In this document: piece by piece, positions 48,280 through 63,850 of the stretch
How the letters are laid out: each line of letters starts with the position of its first letter
How positions within the stretch are numbered: the stretch's first letter is position 1
From: Chrysomallon squamiferum
Lineage: Eukaryota > Animalia > Mollusca
DNA length: 64,000 nucleotides
Direction of reading: 5' to 3'
NCBI GenBank assembly: GCA_012295275.1
Contig: CM022676.1
Coordinates: 18,538,001 to 18,602,000, forward strand
Program-made: the position numbers and the translations under genes
Notes under the pieces: model-generated
What the model was told of the DNA's origin: nothing
Databases searched by the model: none
Seen by the model: the letters and a program-made list of their open reading frames with translations, nothing else

Positions 48280-48823
48280 AATGTATGTATGTGTGTGTAT
48301 TTGTATGTATATGTGTGTCTGTGTATGTGTTATATCTGTACTTGTGTATGTGTCTGTGTGCATGTACGTGTGTTTGTGTGTATAGGTGTATATGTATGTG
48401 TGTGTATGTATGTATATATCTGTATGTGTATGTGTGTATGTATATAAAATGAGTGTGTGTGTATGTGTATGTATCTATATGTATATGTGTGTATATAGGT
48501 ATGTATATATAATGAGTGTGTGTGTGTATGTGTGTGATGTATGTGTGTGTGTATGTATATATGTGTATGTGTGTATATATAGGTATGTATATATATAATG
48601 TGTGTGTGTGTGCCTGTGTGTGTGGATGTGTGTGTGTATACATGTGTATGTGTGTATATGTATACGTGTATGTGTGTATATATGTATATGTGTATTTTTG
48701 TGTGTATATGTAGGTATGTATATATAATGAGTGTGTCTGTGTGTGTGTGTATATCTGTATGCATATAAAATGAGTGCGTGTGTGTGTATATGTATATATG
48801 TGTATGTATATATAATGTGTGTA

Positions 48824-48855
<32 letters not shown>
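48280..48855 (+). repeat. Complex (TG)/(TA) low-complexity tract
   Basis: Degenerate dinucleotide repeat. It generates the spurious His/Thr/Tyr ORFs. Confidence 0.95.
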
Positions 48856-48858
<3 letters not shown>

Positions 48859-48907
48859 ACTGGCTCTGGGGCACTTGAATATCGATATGAAAACTCATTC
48901 ACTGCTC

Positions 48908-49005
48908 ATGCATTCATTTCCTAACTAATTTATTCCCTCTTACGCAACTGCACATGCATTCATTTCCTAACTAATTTATTCCCTCTTACACAACTGCATA
49001 TGCAT
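48908..49005 (+). repeat. 46-bp tandem duplication
   Basis: catgcattcatttcctaactaatttattccctcttac.caactgca, two copies. Confidence 0.9.
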
Positions 49006-49722
49006 TACTTCCTGCATTTATTTATTTCCCTGTGTGTCTCAGTCTGTTATGGCCGTCTGAAGTAAAACTTAAAAACATTTTTATTTTATTTATGCCTGCA
49101 CCTGACGCATAATGAACGACTAGAAAAACACCTCAGACAAGAAAACAATCGATGCTTGACAGCTTTTCAACATTTATTTTATTACATCACTCAGACCAAA
49201 CTGGAATACTAATGACACTGGAATTATGTAAAAGAAATAAGCAGAAAACAACTGATTATGCAATACATCATCCACAGTGACACACACAGATTCAGACACA
49301 CAGGCACTGAGCAGTATCTGAACTTCAAATCTAAACTGCACTCAGGCCTGTTAAATCAAGATGAATCTATTCCCCAAAGGGGCACAACTCTCTGTGAGTA
49401 ATTTGATGAAGTAATTGGGCAACAATGAGGCAATGATTAGCACAGTTGTGTCCCCTGGCCACATCTTCCTTCAGGACACTTTGTGAAACCAATGAGCTTG
49501 CAATGCCACTGATTAAAGCCCTCGATAAGATGAGGCCAACAGCACTTGGTGTGTCTGGTAAAGGATTTAGAGGGATTAAGATGTGAATAAAGAGATTAAG
49601 ATGTGATTGAAGGGTTTAAGAATAATAAATTTACCTGCTGTGGTGACATCATTCTTTTCTGTGTTTATCACAGGATCACAATTCTACCTGTGATCAGACG
49701 CCCTCAATCAACAAACTTCAAC

Positions 49723-49845
49723 TTTATTCAAATAAAATAAAATCTGTGGAGTTTTATTTAAATAAAATAACATCTGTGGAGTTTTATTGAAATAAAATAA
49801 CATCTGTGGAGTTTTATTGAAATAAAATAAAATCTGTGGAATTTT
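49723..49845 (+). repeat. 30-bp minisatellite, about 4 copies
   Basis: Unit tttattgaaataaaataacatctgtggagt. Confidence 0.93.
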
Positions 49846-50249
49846 CAATTTCAGTAATACATAATCTAAGCAGTGTCAAACAGCTGATGACATCACAAAA
49901 GAGCAAATCTTTGGTTAACAGCAGCAAACTAAAAAATCACATATTCACTTTCTCGTAGGTGAAATCTGATGCCATCTTAACATGGCTGTGATTTTGTTAA
50001 CAGCAGTAATAATGAATCTTATAGACAGTTCAGCACTTACCACAATCTTTGATAAATGAGGGATGAGACACAAGTGCTGAATTTCACTGTACAACACTGA
50101 TCAGTTGAATCACGTTTCATAAATATAATCATAAGAAGAAAGAAAGAAAAGAAAAGAAGTAATAACATTAAAATTTAATCATTAAATAAAAAGGAGTAAT
50201 TACTACAACTGCTTCTACCATTGCTACCCATCCTGGCTCTTCTCACTGA

Positions 50250-50715
50250 TGTTTTACTACAACTACTATCACTACCACCACTACAACTACTACTATCACC
50301 ACCACCACCACTACTACTACTATCACCTCTGCTGCTATCACCACCACCTACTACCAAGACCACCACCACCACCACAACTACTACAATCACTACCACCTCC
50401 ATTTACTATACCACCACCACTTCTATACTATCACCACCACCAACTAACTATCAGCATTATTCCTACTACTGCTACCACCACCACTACTACTACTACTATT
50501 ACTGCTACTGCTACTGCTACTTTTACTATCAATCTATTACAATTACTACTAATATTAACCACTCCTACTGTTATTGCTACTTTTTGCTACTGCTGTTACT
50601 ACTACCATTACTACTGCTGTTGCTACTACTACTGCTATTACAAAGACTACTTCTACTATTATTCCTAATACTACCACTACTATCATAATGACTACCACGA
50701 CTACCACAACCATCA
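50250..50715 (+). repeat. Degenerate (CTA)/(CCA) trinucleotide tract
   Basis: Low-complexity trinucleotide repeat. Similar tracts occur at 43560-43870 and 60200-60510. Confidence 0.9.
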
Positions 50716-52892
50716 TTGACCCCAAAAATATCTATCTTTTTAGGCTGCAGCTGAATTTATTCAACAAATGGCTTGTTATGTGCATGTTACAGTTGTTCAA
50801 AGTTACCACTTTAATGTTCAGTTTCTGTTCAGATTAAACCAGTTAGAAAACCTGTTTAGAACTGTTCTGCTTGATGTGTGTGTGCGTCTAATTTGCTTGA
50901 TCTTGTACACTCAAGAATGGGGAGTTGAGAAATAAAATGGTTAGTTTCATTTTGTTTTTGTATTTTTAATGACTGTGTTAAGGCATCAGTGCTATCCTGC
51001 AAACATTAGAATAGAAAGAGATGTTTTATACACATAGTGGAATTTCTTAAATTATTCAAAAATGAAATGAAAGAAATAAATGTTACTGTATTAATCAGTT
51101 TAATTTAATTTATTTCCATACCGATATGACTACCACTCATTTCACTCTCTATGTGTTTAAGTAACAGAGTCTGTATACAGACAGGATGGACTGAGTTAAA
51201 AAAAAAAAAAAAATTAAACAGCAGATGAAACTAAATGACCAGCATAAATCTAATCAGTGTTTTAGAAATCCATTAAATCTGCGCACTCAGATTTCTTCTA
51301 TTAATTCCTCTTTTTTTCATTTTTATTTTTTTTTTTTTTTTTTTTTTTTTATTACTTCTCTTTGTGTTTCTACAAATCTCTGAAACATACTTTCAGGTCA
51401 AGAACCCAGTTTTTATGATGTCCATTAAGATTAGGGAGATTGGAGTGAGACTGTCACTAAGTGCTTGTCTGTTGGTTCAAAAACTGCGTAACTCCGCTAG
51501 TTAACGGAAGAAAATTTTCTCTAGCGACATTTTTACAAATTAATAAAACGTAATCAATAATGAAAAAGAGGCTGCGATGGTCGCCGAGGGCAACCTCGCT
51601 AATGGAATTGTGGTCAAGTTTTGGAGTGGGGCTAGAGTTTGGCGGGTTACGTTATAAAATAAAAATGCTTTGATCAGAGAATTCACTTGTGGATGTGAAT
51701 TTTTCTTAGCCCCAGGCTGTGATTATTTCTGTTGAGGATTTTACGAGGAATTTTCCGCTCAGATGAATTGATGAATCAAGAAATGTAGTTTTCATGAATT
51801 TTTTTTTTTTTTTTTTTTTAAAGTTCTGTTTTTTTCTTTTTTTTTTTTTTTTTTTTTTTTTTCTGTTTTTCTCTTATAGTTAATGCACTGTTAATGACGA
51901 GGGTTGAAATTTAGAGTTAATATTTTTATACAACATTTACAAACATGTTGAATTTCATGAACTGTACTGAATTTTAATAGACTGGTTTTATGAAATAATT
52001 ATTCTTAATAATTATGAAGTATTTTGGCTTTCATAATTTATATTCAGTGTTCTGAAAGTATTTAATATCTTAAATTTCATGATATATTTTAGATTTTATG
52101 AAAAATGTTGGCTGTCATGAATGTTGAAATGTCCTGGATTTGCTGAAAGTGTTGAATTTCATGAAATTTGACTGAAAATAATTCTACTAAGAGTTTCTCT
52201 GCTGTTGAACAGTTGAAATTCCAGATATTTTTTTTATATTTGTGTGAATTGTTTTAATTATCTTGAAAAACATGAAGAAAAAAACCAGGAGAAAGTTTAA
52301 TTAAATTTGTAATGTTAGATTTCATTTCATGAAATTCATCACTTTCATGAAATATTTATATAATAAAGATCTTGTATTTCACAGCATGGACAAGTTTTGT
52401 GTACTTACATGTTCAAACTCTGCTACATCACTCTGATAACTGAGTACTGCCTCTTGATTCTTAATTTCTGAAAAATAAATATTCTCTACCAGGTTAGTAA
52501 ATAAAACATAAATAAGGTAATTGTTAATTTATAACATCAACATGTGATGATGTTGGAATTCAACGCCTGCTCAGAATATTATTTTATTACTCAGTTCTTT
52601 ACAAAACTCAGATTGTACTAAGGGAGATAATTCTAGCACTTAGCACCTTGCTGAGATTTCACAAAGGGAGATAAGCTATCTCTGCCTGAGGGTGATGATG
52701 GAATTATTTGCTTGTGTTTGAGATCTAAATGGAAATCAGAGGCAGAGAGATAAAATCAGAACTGAGCTGAGAGTCAGAACTAATCAGTTTGTGTTAGAAA
52801 AATTTCTATACCTGAAGGCAAAGTCATACAATTAGATTCTTACACAACTTAGTCATCCAGTATCTTGTTAGTTTAGTTTTGAATTAAAACAG

Positions 52893-52962
<70 letters not shown>

Positions 52963-53887
52963 AAATAGTTAAGAAAGGTTTACAGTTTGTGTGTGTTTGT
53001 TTTTGCTTTTTGACTGATATACATTTCTGACATTCTGTAACTTGTAACAAAAAACTCTTTATTTTTTATTTTATATTATGATTTTTTTTTAGTAACCTTT
53101 AATAGTAGTAGTAGTAGTATTAGTAGTATTTTACTTTATTTTGTATTTATTTATTTATTCATTTATTATTAATATTTTAATATGTTCTTGATTCAGCCCA
53201 AATCATTCGATTTATTAATATGGATCGTAAACAAACCATTATGGCCGCTAATTGCGTTATCTGATAGGTCATTTATTTTTATTTCTAATTTAGTAGATTA
53301 AATGTTTATATTTATAAATAATAATAATAATTACCTAAAACTTTAGCTAACGTTGAAGTTTAATTTCACAAATAAAATATAGTTAACCTTCTTTTTAAGA
53401 GAAATTTGAGAATTTAATAAACTTTGATTACAGCACTGTTTAAATACAATCGGGGCAGGGGGAAGGCGCCATAATTACATAAATTTTCGGAACTAAAAAA
53501 TAACCATTTCTATGTTATTTTTCAAATTATAACCATGAATATGGTATCATTTTATATATATTTTTTCCATGCTTTCTAATGATGCAGAAATAATTTTGAG
53601 GACCGTTTAAAAATAAATTTGACCACGTTACTATGTTCAGCACATTTCTACATCAATCAACTTCTAAGAATATTTATTAAAAAAAAATTCGTAAGTATTT
53701 ACTTTATTCCTTTCTTTCTATTCCTGCCTTCTTTTCTTTCTTTCAGTCCTTTTCTGTCATATTTTTTCTTTCTATCTTTCTGAATAATTTATCTCTCGAG
53801 ATTTTATGATTAAGAAGATCAGACATCTTAACTTTTTTCTTTTTTTTGTAATTTCTTCCATTTTTGACAGAACATTTTTTTCTTCTC

Positions 53888-53922
<35 letters not shown>

Positions 53923-54818
53923 GTCAACTTATAAAAGATTTCTGAAACCTACGTCTTCCTTTTCTGGCAGCATTATCTTAATTTTAATATATATATATAT
54001 ATTTGGTCAGAATCACTGATTTAAGACCTTTCTTCATTTTTTGTAATTTTCTTTTATCACAAAGCATTACATTCTAAATATGTAATCTTTCGTGCCTTAG
54101 GGGAATTCTTGTTATTAATTTGGACTCGTTTTTTAACAGTTTCTGTTCAGTTCAAATACTTCAAATATTTGTCGTGTTCAGCTGAAATCTGCTACATCAG
54201 ACAGTAATACTTTTTTTTTTTTTTTTTTTTTTTTTTTCCGTTCTGTTTGGTCATTTTATAATTATTCGAGATTTCTGATTTTTTGTAATCTCTTCCCTTT
54301 CTTTGTGGAGCACCGTAGGAAGTCAGATTTGGTAAGACATTTGAGTTATTTAGATTTCTCTATATCCTAAGAGTCTTCGCAATTACAAAATCTTTTCTTT
54401 TCTGTTTTTCCTTTCTTCAAAATTTTTTTTTTTTTTTATTTTTAATTTTTTTCTTTTTTTCAAAGCTTTGTAAAACCAAGAATATAGCTCTAAGGTAAAT
54501 ATGATGTGGTAATGATGTACTTTGCAGGTTTTTTTTTTTTTTTTTTTTTTTTTTGGTTTTGTTTTGTTTTGCTGTTCTTGCACATGGACAGTGTTAGAGG
54601 GCAGAATTGTTTCTTTCATTTTCAGACATAAATTAATTGTAGTGTGTGTTTATATACTATATACACATAAACACACACACATATAATTGAAGATATGTGT
54701 GTGTGTATGTACATATGTATGTATGTTCAATTATTTATTTATTTATTATTTCCATTCGTCCCTTCACTTTCTTCTGTTTTATATTTCCACCCATTTCACA
54801 CTCATCAAAGGACACAAC

Positions 54819-55262
54819 AAACTGTAACAACAAAATTACAGCACTGAACTGTATGTAACAGAGAGTGCATGTTACAACTGTAACAACAAAATTACAACAC
54901 TGAATTGTATGTAACAGAGAGTGCATATGTTACAACTGTAACAACAAAATTACAACACTGAATTGTATGTAACAGAGAGTGCATATGGTACAACTGTAAC
55001 AACAAAATTACAACACTGAACTGTGTGTAACAGAGTGCATATGTTACAACTGTAACAACAAAATTACAACACTGAACTGTATGTAACAGAGAGTGCATAT
55101 GTTACAACTGTAACAACAAAATTACAACACTGAACTGTGTGTAACAGAGTGCATATGTTACAACTGTAACAACAAAATTACAACACTGAACTGTATGTAA
55201 CAGAGAGTGCATATGTTACAACTGTAACAACAAAATTACAACACTGAACTGTGTGTAACAGA
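54819..55262 (+). repeat. 56/58-bp minisatellite, about 7.5 copies
   Basis: Unit gttacaactgtaacaacaaaattacaacactgaactgtatgtaacagagagtgcatat. Confidence 0.97.
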
Positions 55263-55895
55263 CAGAGCAGCTGTGACAGGATCGATTCACAGCACCTGAC
55301 TTCGCTTTGCAAGACTTCGTAATTCATCGAATTTCGTTTTGTGAAGTTCTGTAACTGTTCAGCATATGCTGACAATTCATCAAAAGGTCTAAGTGATATA
55401 AACATCACTAGTGACAGTTTGATTGTGAGGCTATTCAGTCACTATTGATCACAGAAAACCCATTGTACTACAGGTGTATTGTGTTCTGTTGCGCAGGTCA
55501 AATATTGTGACCTGAGAATACAGGTTAGAAATTGATGAGTTTGGTTTGTGTCACTGAAGTAACAGTTTGAAGAGGAAAATAAAGTGAGAGAAAGAAAGTG
55601 GAAAAGAGAAAGAAAGAGAGAAAGAAAGAGAGAAAGAGAGTTGTGTTACTGAGGATACAGATTATAACATGATGGTTTTCTGTTAGATTTGTGTATAAAA
55701 TGAAGAAAGAAAAGAGAGATAGAAAGACAGAGGAAAAGAGAGATAGAAAGAGCGAGAGAAAGAGAGAGTTGTGTTGCCAGGTCAGAATATTGTTACAGAG
55801 GATACAGATTATAATGTGATGGTTTCTGTTAGATTTGTGTCACACAATTAACAGTTTGAGAGAAAGAAAGAAAAATTGAGAGAATAAAAAAAATT

Positions 55896-56065
55896 GAGAG
55901 AATAAAGAAAGAATGTGAGAAAGAGAGAAATAAAGAAAGGATAAGAGAGAGAATAAAGAAAGAATGTGAGAAAGAGAGAAATAAAGAGAGGATAAGAGAG
56001 AGAATGAAAGAAAGAATGTGAGAAAGAGAGAAATAAAGAAAGGATAAGAGAGAGAATGAAAGAAA
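55896..56065 (+). repeat. Purine-rich ~53-bp tandem repeat, about 3 copies
   Basis: Unit agaataaagaaagaatgtgagaaagagagaaataaagaaaggataagagag. Confidence 0.85.
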
Positions 56066-56399
56066 GAGGGAGAAAGAATTGGTAAGGACAAAGTCGAAGG
56101 CTGTGATTTCTGATTTGTGTCACAGAGCTGACAGCTTGAAGAGAAAATCTGTTTAATCAAGTCTCTAGTCTTTGATTTCCTTTCTCTTCTAGTTGATGAC
56201 TTTTTTCTTTCTTTCATTTTTCATTTTTATAGATGTTTCTTTTCCTTTTTATGTTTTCTTTCTTTCATTCACATTTTTTCAGTTTTATATTTTATTTTTT
56301 ATTTTTTATATTTTTTTTAAAAGTATATATATATATTTACACAATGTTATTTAGATAGAATAAGAAAGAGAGAGAGAAATCAGAAAGAAATTGCAGACA

Positions 56400-56504
<105 letters not shown>

Positions 56505-56886
56505 TGGCCAGAGAAAGAAAAGAGAAATAGAGAGAAGGATATAGAGACAGAGAAAGGGAGATCAGAAGAGAAATAAACAATAACTTCTCCCTGTGGGTGC
56601 AGGCGTACTGGTAGTTTGACACAGATTAATAAGAAATGCCAGCAGAGCAGATTAAGAGCTGCTATCACAAACAGAGTCTGAAGAGTTTCACTCTTATCAA
56701 GCTTTGCTCTTTTACATACACTCAGTGTCACCTTATTTATACCAAAAATAATATACTCCTTTCTTACTGTTTCTCTCCTTTTATCTGTCTCTGTTTGTCT
56801 GTCTGTGTCTGTGTCTCCTGTTTCTCTTTCACTTTAGCTCTCATTCTGTATCTCTCTCTTTTTCATTTATTTTCACTGTATGTGTG

Positions 56887-56979
<93 letters not shown>

Positions 56980-57451
56980 GTTCTGCATACACTTAGTGTC
57001 TGTGATTATAAATAATAAACTCTTAATTTCTCTCACAATGAATTTCTGTATGTCAGTATGTAATAATGTTTGTCACACCAAGCATGTTTGTTTATGTGTA
57101 AATGTGTGTGTGTGTGTTAGTGTGTGTCGATGTATGTGAATATATATTTTGCAAATGTGTGTACATATGTGTCTGTTTTTATGTTTATGTATATAAATGT
57201 GTGTGTGCATGTTTGTGTGAAAGTTTGTGTATGTGTATGTCAGTGTGTGTGTATAAATGTGTGTCTACAATATAAATATTTATTGTGCACATTTATAAAC
57301 TCTCTACACTTTGAGCAATACAGAACATACCATATCATTTGATACAGTTATCATCATCACCACTATTACTCATATAATCATCATCATTATCATTGATCTT
57401 GTTTTTGTTATTATTATCATTATCATCATCATCGTTGTTGTTGTTATTATT

Positions 57452-57515
<64 letters not shown>

Positions 57516-57522
57516 CTTGCAG

Positions 57523-57576
57523 AACACATCATTTTGAAATGCAATAAAGGAGAGGACCATAACATTCATATACCAG
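57523..57576 (+). other. Candidate 54-nt internal exon
   Basis: atcttgcag| ... CCAG|GTAAGC. Length is divisible by 3 and one frame is open (HIILKCNKGEDHNIHIP). The peptide is not recognised. Confidence 0.35.
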
Positions 57577-57639
57577 GTAAGCAAAAATGTTTTAAAATTC
57601 ATTATACAGCATATAATTGTTTTGTTTGATATTTTGTTA

Positions 57640-57671
<32 letters not shown>

Positions 57672-58407
57672 TAATGTTTTTATTTACTGGAATGTTAAAA
57701 TTATGCCTAGATGGATAACATGGATTTTTTATCACAGGTGAATAAAATATTTAAATTTTCAAACCTGTAAGTCAATTTCTTACCTCTGATTTTTCTGTCT
57801 TCATATCATCTCACACCTGTATTTTTAACTGTAATTGAATAATGAGATTTTACACCTTCTTATCTATTTTCTTATTTGTATATTAACATCATATGGTTGC
57901 ATTATTTGCATTCAAGTTAATTTCATTTCAGTGTTCATGTTTTATACCTGTGTGTTAATTTTATATCTGTATCTCAGTTTTATACGCATACATTAATTTT
58001 ATACCTGTATATTAATTTTCCACCTGTATATTAATTTTATTCCTGCATCTCACCTTTCTACCTCTGTATCAGTTTCATACCTGTATTTCAGTGTTGTACC
58101 TGTATGTTAATTTCACATGATACAGAGTGATCTGGACAGGTGGAAACTGGTGGGAAATTAGAAAATAACTTGTGAGATTAGCAGAATAAACAATTACAAA
58201 GTGAAAATTAATCTGACTTGGTGCCAGCTAATATCTGATGAAAATAAACCTTCTGTATTTCTCTTCCTTCTTTTTATTTTTATAGACCATTTCTGTATGG
58301 ACAACCTAAATAAATAAATAGATAAATAAATAATACAAATTTGTATTGTTGGTAAACGTTAAAACATATATTTCTCTCTGTTTTCTTTGTTTCTGCATTG
58401 TTGTATT

Positions 58408-58484
<77 letters not shown>

Positions 58485-59602
58485 CCAAACAGCTGATCAA
58501 ACTTACAGTTAGCTAATTAATAATGAAATGATAATCATATGTGATGTAAAGCTGTCTTAGTCTTACTTTTCTTCTCGTTTCTGATATTTCTGGAATTAAT
58601 TCTCCAACTTGCATTTTGGGCTGGGTGCCAAGAAAATGCAGATATTAATCAGAAAAAGAAAAAGAAAGGTTCACATTTTTCTTGTCATTGTGTAGTTTCC
58701 ACTGATTGTTGTATATGAAGCATGTAACCACTTCTGATATAGCTGGTGTTGGTTTACAGGTTGGATTGGGAAATCAGTGCATGGAAACACTTTTTGTTCA
58801 TGTGTAAATAATGTTCTATCTAAATGTTTACCAGTTATGGAGTAGCATATTCTTCTTCTTATTGTTGTTGTTGTTGTCATTGTTGATATTATTATTTATT
58901 AGCATTATTATTATTATTTATCTTTATCAGTTTTTATTACTATTATTATTTTTATTATTATCATCATTATTATATTATTATTAATTATTGTTATTATTAT
59001 TATTAATTATTAATTATTATTATAATCATCATCATTATTATATTATTAATTATTGTTATTATTATTATTATTATTCATTATTGTTATTATATTATTAATC
59101 TTCTTCTTCTTCTTCTTCTTATTATTATTATTATTATTTAACTTTATCAGTATTTATTTATTATTATTTAGTAATGTTTTTAATTCATTTTCCCTCACCC
59201 AGCTGTTATAACATGATTCTGTTTGCCAATGTGTTACAGTGAGCCACGCCCCTTTCTAATCTTTACACAATTAATCAACACAGAGAACAATGGAATATCT
59301 GACATGTGTATTCCAGCCCGTGTGATACCAGCTTGTAATCAACACCCAATAAACAACACTGTCAAGTGTAGATTAAATGAACAGAATTAATCATGTCCTT
59401 ACTCTGATAATTTTGTTGTACAACTGAATGTTTTAATCAGTGCTGATGTCTCTTCACAGATTTGCCTTTGTTGTATATTTTTATTTTATTTTAAAATATC
59501 ATACAGAATGAAAATACATGTACACACATTCATCACTTTTAATTAAATTATTTAGAAGACAGAGAGAGAGAGAGAGAGGGTGAAAAGAGAGAGAGAGAGA
59601 GG

Positions 59603-59662
<60 letters not shown>

Positions 59663-60094
59663 AGAGTGAAAGAGAGAGAGAGAGAAAGAGAGAGGATTTA
59701 ATTTGAACAAAGACAAGAAGTGAAACAGAATTACAGAAAGAAGAAAAGTGCAGATTAACATTATTAAAAAAATAAACATAAAAGAAATTAATTTTTTTTC
59801 TACTTTTCTTAATTTACAGCTAATGATTTTTTTGCAGCAGGTTTTCTACAAAGTAATGAATGTTAACAAATGATTTATGTAAACAGTGAACAGTACGCAG
59901 GGGGGAGGGTTGGGGTGTAACACCCAGGACTGAGAGCTGGGGGGCAAGATTAACATCAAAGAGAAAAAACAAAAACAAACTGTGTCCACTCTGAGATAAT
60001 TGGTCTGTTGATTTTAAAACAGGTTTGCATGTTATAAACTTAATTAGTCAAAAATGTCAAAATAAAATAAATAACAGAAATAAAGTTGTGTATA

Positions 60095-60176
<82 letters not shown>

Positions 60177-60952
60177 TTAACATTCTTTTAAAAGCTATCT
60201 GTTACTGCTATTATTACTACTACTGCTGTTACTACTATTGTAACATATACTGTTATTATTATTACCACTTTTAGTACTACTACTTCTAAAACTACTACTA
60301 TAACTGCCATTACTATTACTACCACTACTACTACTATTACTACTAATATTACTATCATGCCTACTTTTATTACTAATGCTATTTTTACTAATATTACTAA
60401 TTTTACCACTGCTGTCATTGTAACTACTACTACTAGTACTACCATTATAACTAATTACTACTACCACCGCTTCTGCATTTACTACCACTACAACTACTGT
60501 TATGACTGCTTTGAAACTAAATGATGATAACGAACATGATGAAATAAATGATTCTTATTTTCCAAGAAAAACAAAACAAATATCCAGTATATTTACTTTT
60601 CACAAAAAGATGAGAGTATGTTTAGATGACAAAAATGTAATGGAAGTTATCACAAATCTCCAGACACTAAGAAAAACTGGGAAGCAGAAAACATGTTGAA
60701 TGGTTGAATTGTTTACTACAGTCCTCCACTGATCCAGTGAGAATAGTTGTTCATGATCAAAACAGAACAGTTTTACTCAGTAAATAAAATAATATATAGG
60801 TATATTTCCTTCTCTCCATCCATCTCTCATACTTTCTCTCCCTGTCTTAGTCTGATGTCTGTCTGTCTTTGCTTCTTTCACTCATTTTTATTTCTTTTCC
60901 TCTTTTTTCTAACACTGCATCTCTCTGTCTCTCTCTCTGTCTGTCTTTCTAT

Positions 60953-61007
<55 letters not shown>

Positions 61008-61593
61008 CTCTCTGTTTTTCAAATTTTAAATGGTTTTTCAAATTTTAAATGGGTGATTTTCAAGGGTCTCTCACCACTGACCTTATATCTCTTGTTACAT
61101 CACAGCAGCGAAAAACAAAGAAATTCTACAAAACGATAATTTGAAAAACATCAGAAACAAAACAAAACCAAAAGCAGAAAAAAATTAAATGAATCAATAT
61201 GCTTTTTTTTATATCCTGGAGTTCAAAGAAATGATCAGAAAGCCAGTGCAGTCCGTGGTGAATGAGCACTCCTCAAAATCATCCCAGAGCCAGAACTCCA
61301 GCATTTACATAACACACGGACTTTTTTTTTAGTTAATACCATTAATTTAGATAATAAAAATAACATCAACATCCAAGCAATGCTTTCATTCTGAACGACA
61401 GTTGGTTGTTTCAGATTATGGGTGAGGGGGATGCGTCACCCTCCGCCTCCTTCCCCCCCCACTGCTTGAAACTGGCACCAAAAACACCCAGGCAATTTAG
61501 TGCAAACTTGGCCACTGTAATTTGATATCCGTGATATTTAGAAAAATTGTTTATTGATTAGCAGGCTGCTGATAAACATTGATTTTTGACATC

Positions 61594-61672
<79 letters not shown>

Positions 61673-61715
61673 ATAGATAGACAGGCAGAGAGAGAGAGAG
61701 AGAGAGTTTTTTAAC

Positions 61716-61776
<61 letters not shown>

Positions 61777-62296
61777 GAGAGAGAGAGAGAGATTGATTTT
61801 TAACCTGTTAATTAACTTGATATTTAATACAGACTTCTCTTAACTGTTCAGTCTCACAGAGTCAGTTCAACTTTTGATGGGTTTTTTAAATTATTTTTCT
61901 ATTTTAGAAGCACACTTTGATGGGGGTTTTAATCTTTTTTTTTTGTTAAGAATTATGACTTTGATGCTTCTTTTAATCTTCTTTTTAGACTGAAAATAAT
62001 AATAACAATAACAATAACAATAACAGTAACAGTAACAATAATAATAATAATAATAATATAGTAATAACAACAATAATAATAATAGAATAAAAATAAGAAC
62101 AATAAATAATAATAATTATAATAGTACTAATGATGATAATAACTAATAATAATAATATCAATAATATAAAAAAAAAATTGATTTTGATGAAGATTATTAT
62201 AATAATAATAAAGATAATGATGATGTGCATGTAACAGAAAGATAAATATATATATATATGAGAGATAGAGAGATAGAGAGATAGAGATAGAGAGAT

Positions 62297-62402
<106 letters not shown>

Positions 62403-62648
62403 CTACAACAAAGGTTTTGTTTCTGCATATGTTAGTCAGCTGGAACCAATAAAATGAACTTTACATAAAAAAAAAAAAATAAATAAAAAATGAGGACAGA
62501 TAGAAGATAGAACAAAGATTTTAAAAAAGACAAACAAAGGCAACTTCAGACCACAATCTGACATTTCAGATACTTTTCTTCTGGTTTTGAAAGAAATAAA
62601 AATAAATAAATAATTTGAAAAATGGAGGGCTGTCAAATGTCAGCTTGG

Positions 62649-62684
<36 letters not shown>

Positions 62685-63215
62685 TAAAACATCTTCTGTT
62701 GTTGTGTTTAGAATGTGAAAACACAGATTTATCTTCCATGACAAACATCTGTCTTGTGTAACACAGCCCCCAGGGGTGGTGGGTATCTGTATGACTCCGC
62801 CCTGTTGTGTGATCATCTGGTATGTACAAGTTATCTCCTCTTTACACACTCTTCTTTACTCCTATGTTATTCATGTAAACTTATCTTCTTCTTTTTCTCT
62901 TCTTTTGTTCTTCATTTTTCCCACTAGTCCACTTTTTTTTTTTTTTTTTGTTCTTTTTTTTTTTAATATCTTTTTTCATTTTTTTTTATCTGTCTTTTTG
63001 TTTTCATCCAGATTTTTCCCTTGTTCTGTTTTCAAATATTCACAGACTTTTCAGACTTTACTTTCTAAAACTGCGAAAGAGAAATAAAACCTAAACAAAC
63101 TTTTTTATTCACTGCCACCATATTTCTCTTTACATGATTCTTCTTTTTCTTTTTCCCTTTCTTTGTGTTCTTTCCTGTTTCAATTTCTATCTCAGTTTCT
63201 TATTTCTTTCTGTTT

Positions 63216-63267
<52 letters not shown>

Positions 63268-63707
63268 GATACATGAATATATGCATACACAGACATGTTC
63301 AAATGCAGTCTTGTATAACATAACCACACATACATATAACAGACACCCAGACACACACACACACACACAAAGATACATATAAACATACACTTTCTCTATT
63401 TCTCTTTCTTTTTCTTTCTTCTGTCTACTGTCAACATCTCTCTCTCTCTCTCTGTCTGTCTTTGTCTCTCTCTCTCTCTCTCTGTTTTCTTTACTCTTGC
63501 ATGTTAACATGACCTAACACATGACTCAGTCACCACGGTAACTGATACTATGGATGACTAACACATGTAAGAACAAACTTTTTCCTCTTTTGTTTTTAAA
63601 TCTCTCATTCCAGATGTAAGCATCTTTATTAACCCTGGGAGATGAAATATCACATTAACATACCCAACAGTTAACCCTTACCCAGCCAGCTCCTCTCAGT
63701 GACACAT

Positions 63708-63850
63708 CTGTGTGTGTGTGTGTCAGTGTTTGTGTGTGTCAGTGTGTGTGTGTCAGTGTGTATGTGTGTGTCAGTGTTTGTGTGTGTGTCAGTATGTATG
63801 TGTGTATCAGTGTATGTGTGTGTCAGTGTGTGTGTATGCATGTCTGTGTT
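63708..63850 (+). repeat. (TG)nTCAG degenerate repeat
   Basis: Recurrent tgtgtgtgtcagtg units. Confidence 0.85.

Noticed and set aside
48266-48902. 210-aa and 190-aa His/Thr/Tyr-rich ORFs
   Set aside because: They are translations of a (TG/TA) low-complexity tract.
50175-50837. Thr/Pro-rich mucin-like ORFs
   Set aside because: A degenerate trinucleotide repeat, open in multiple frames on both strands.
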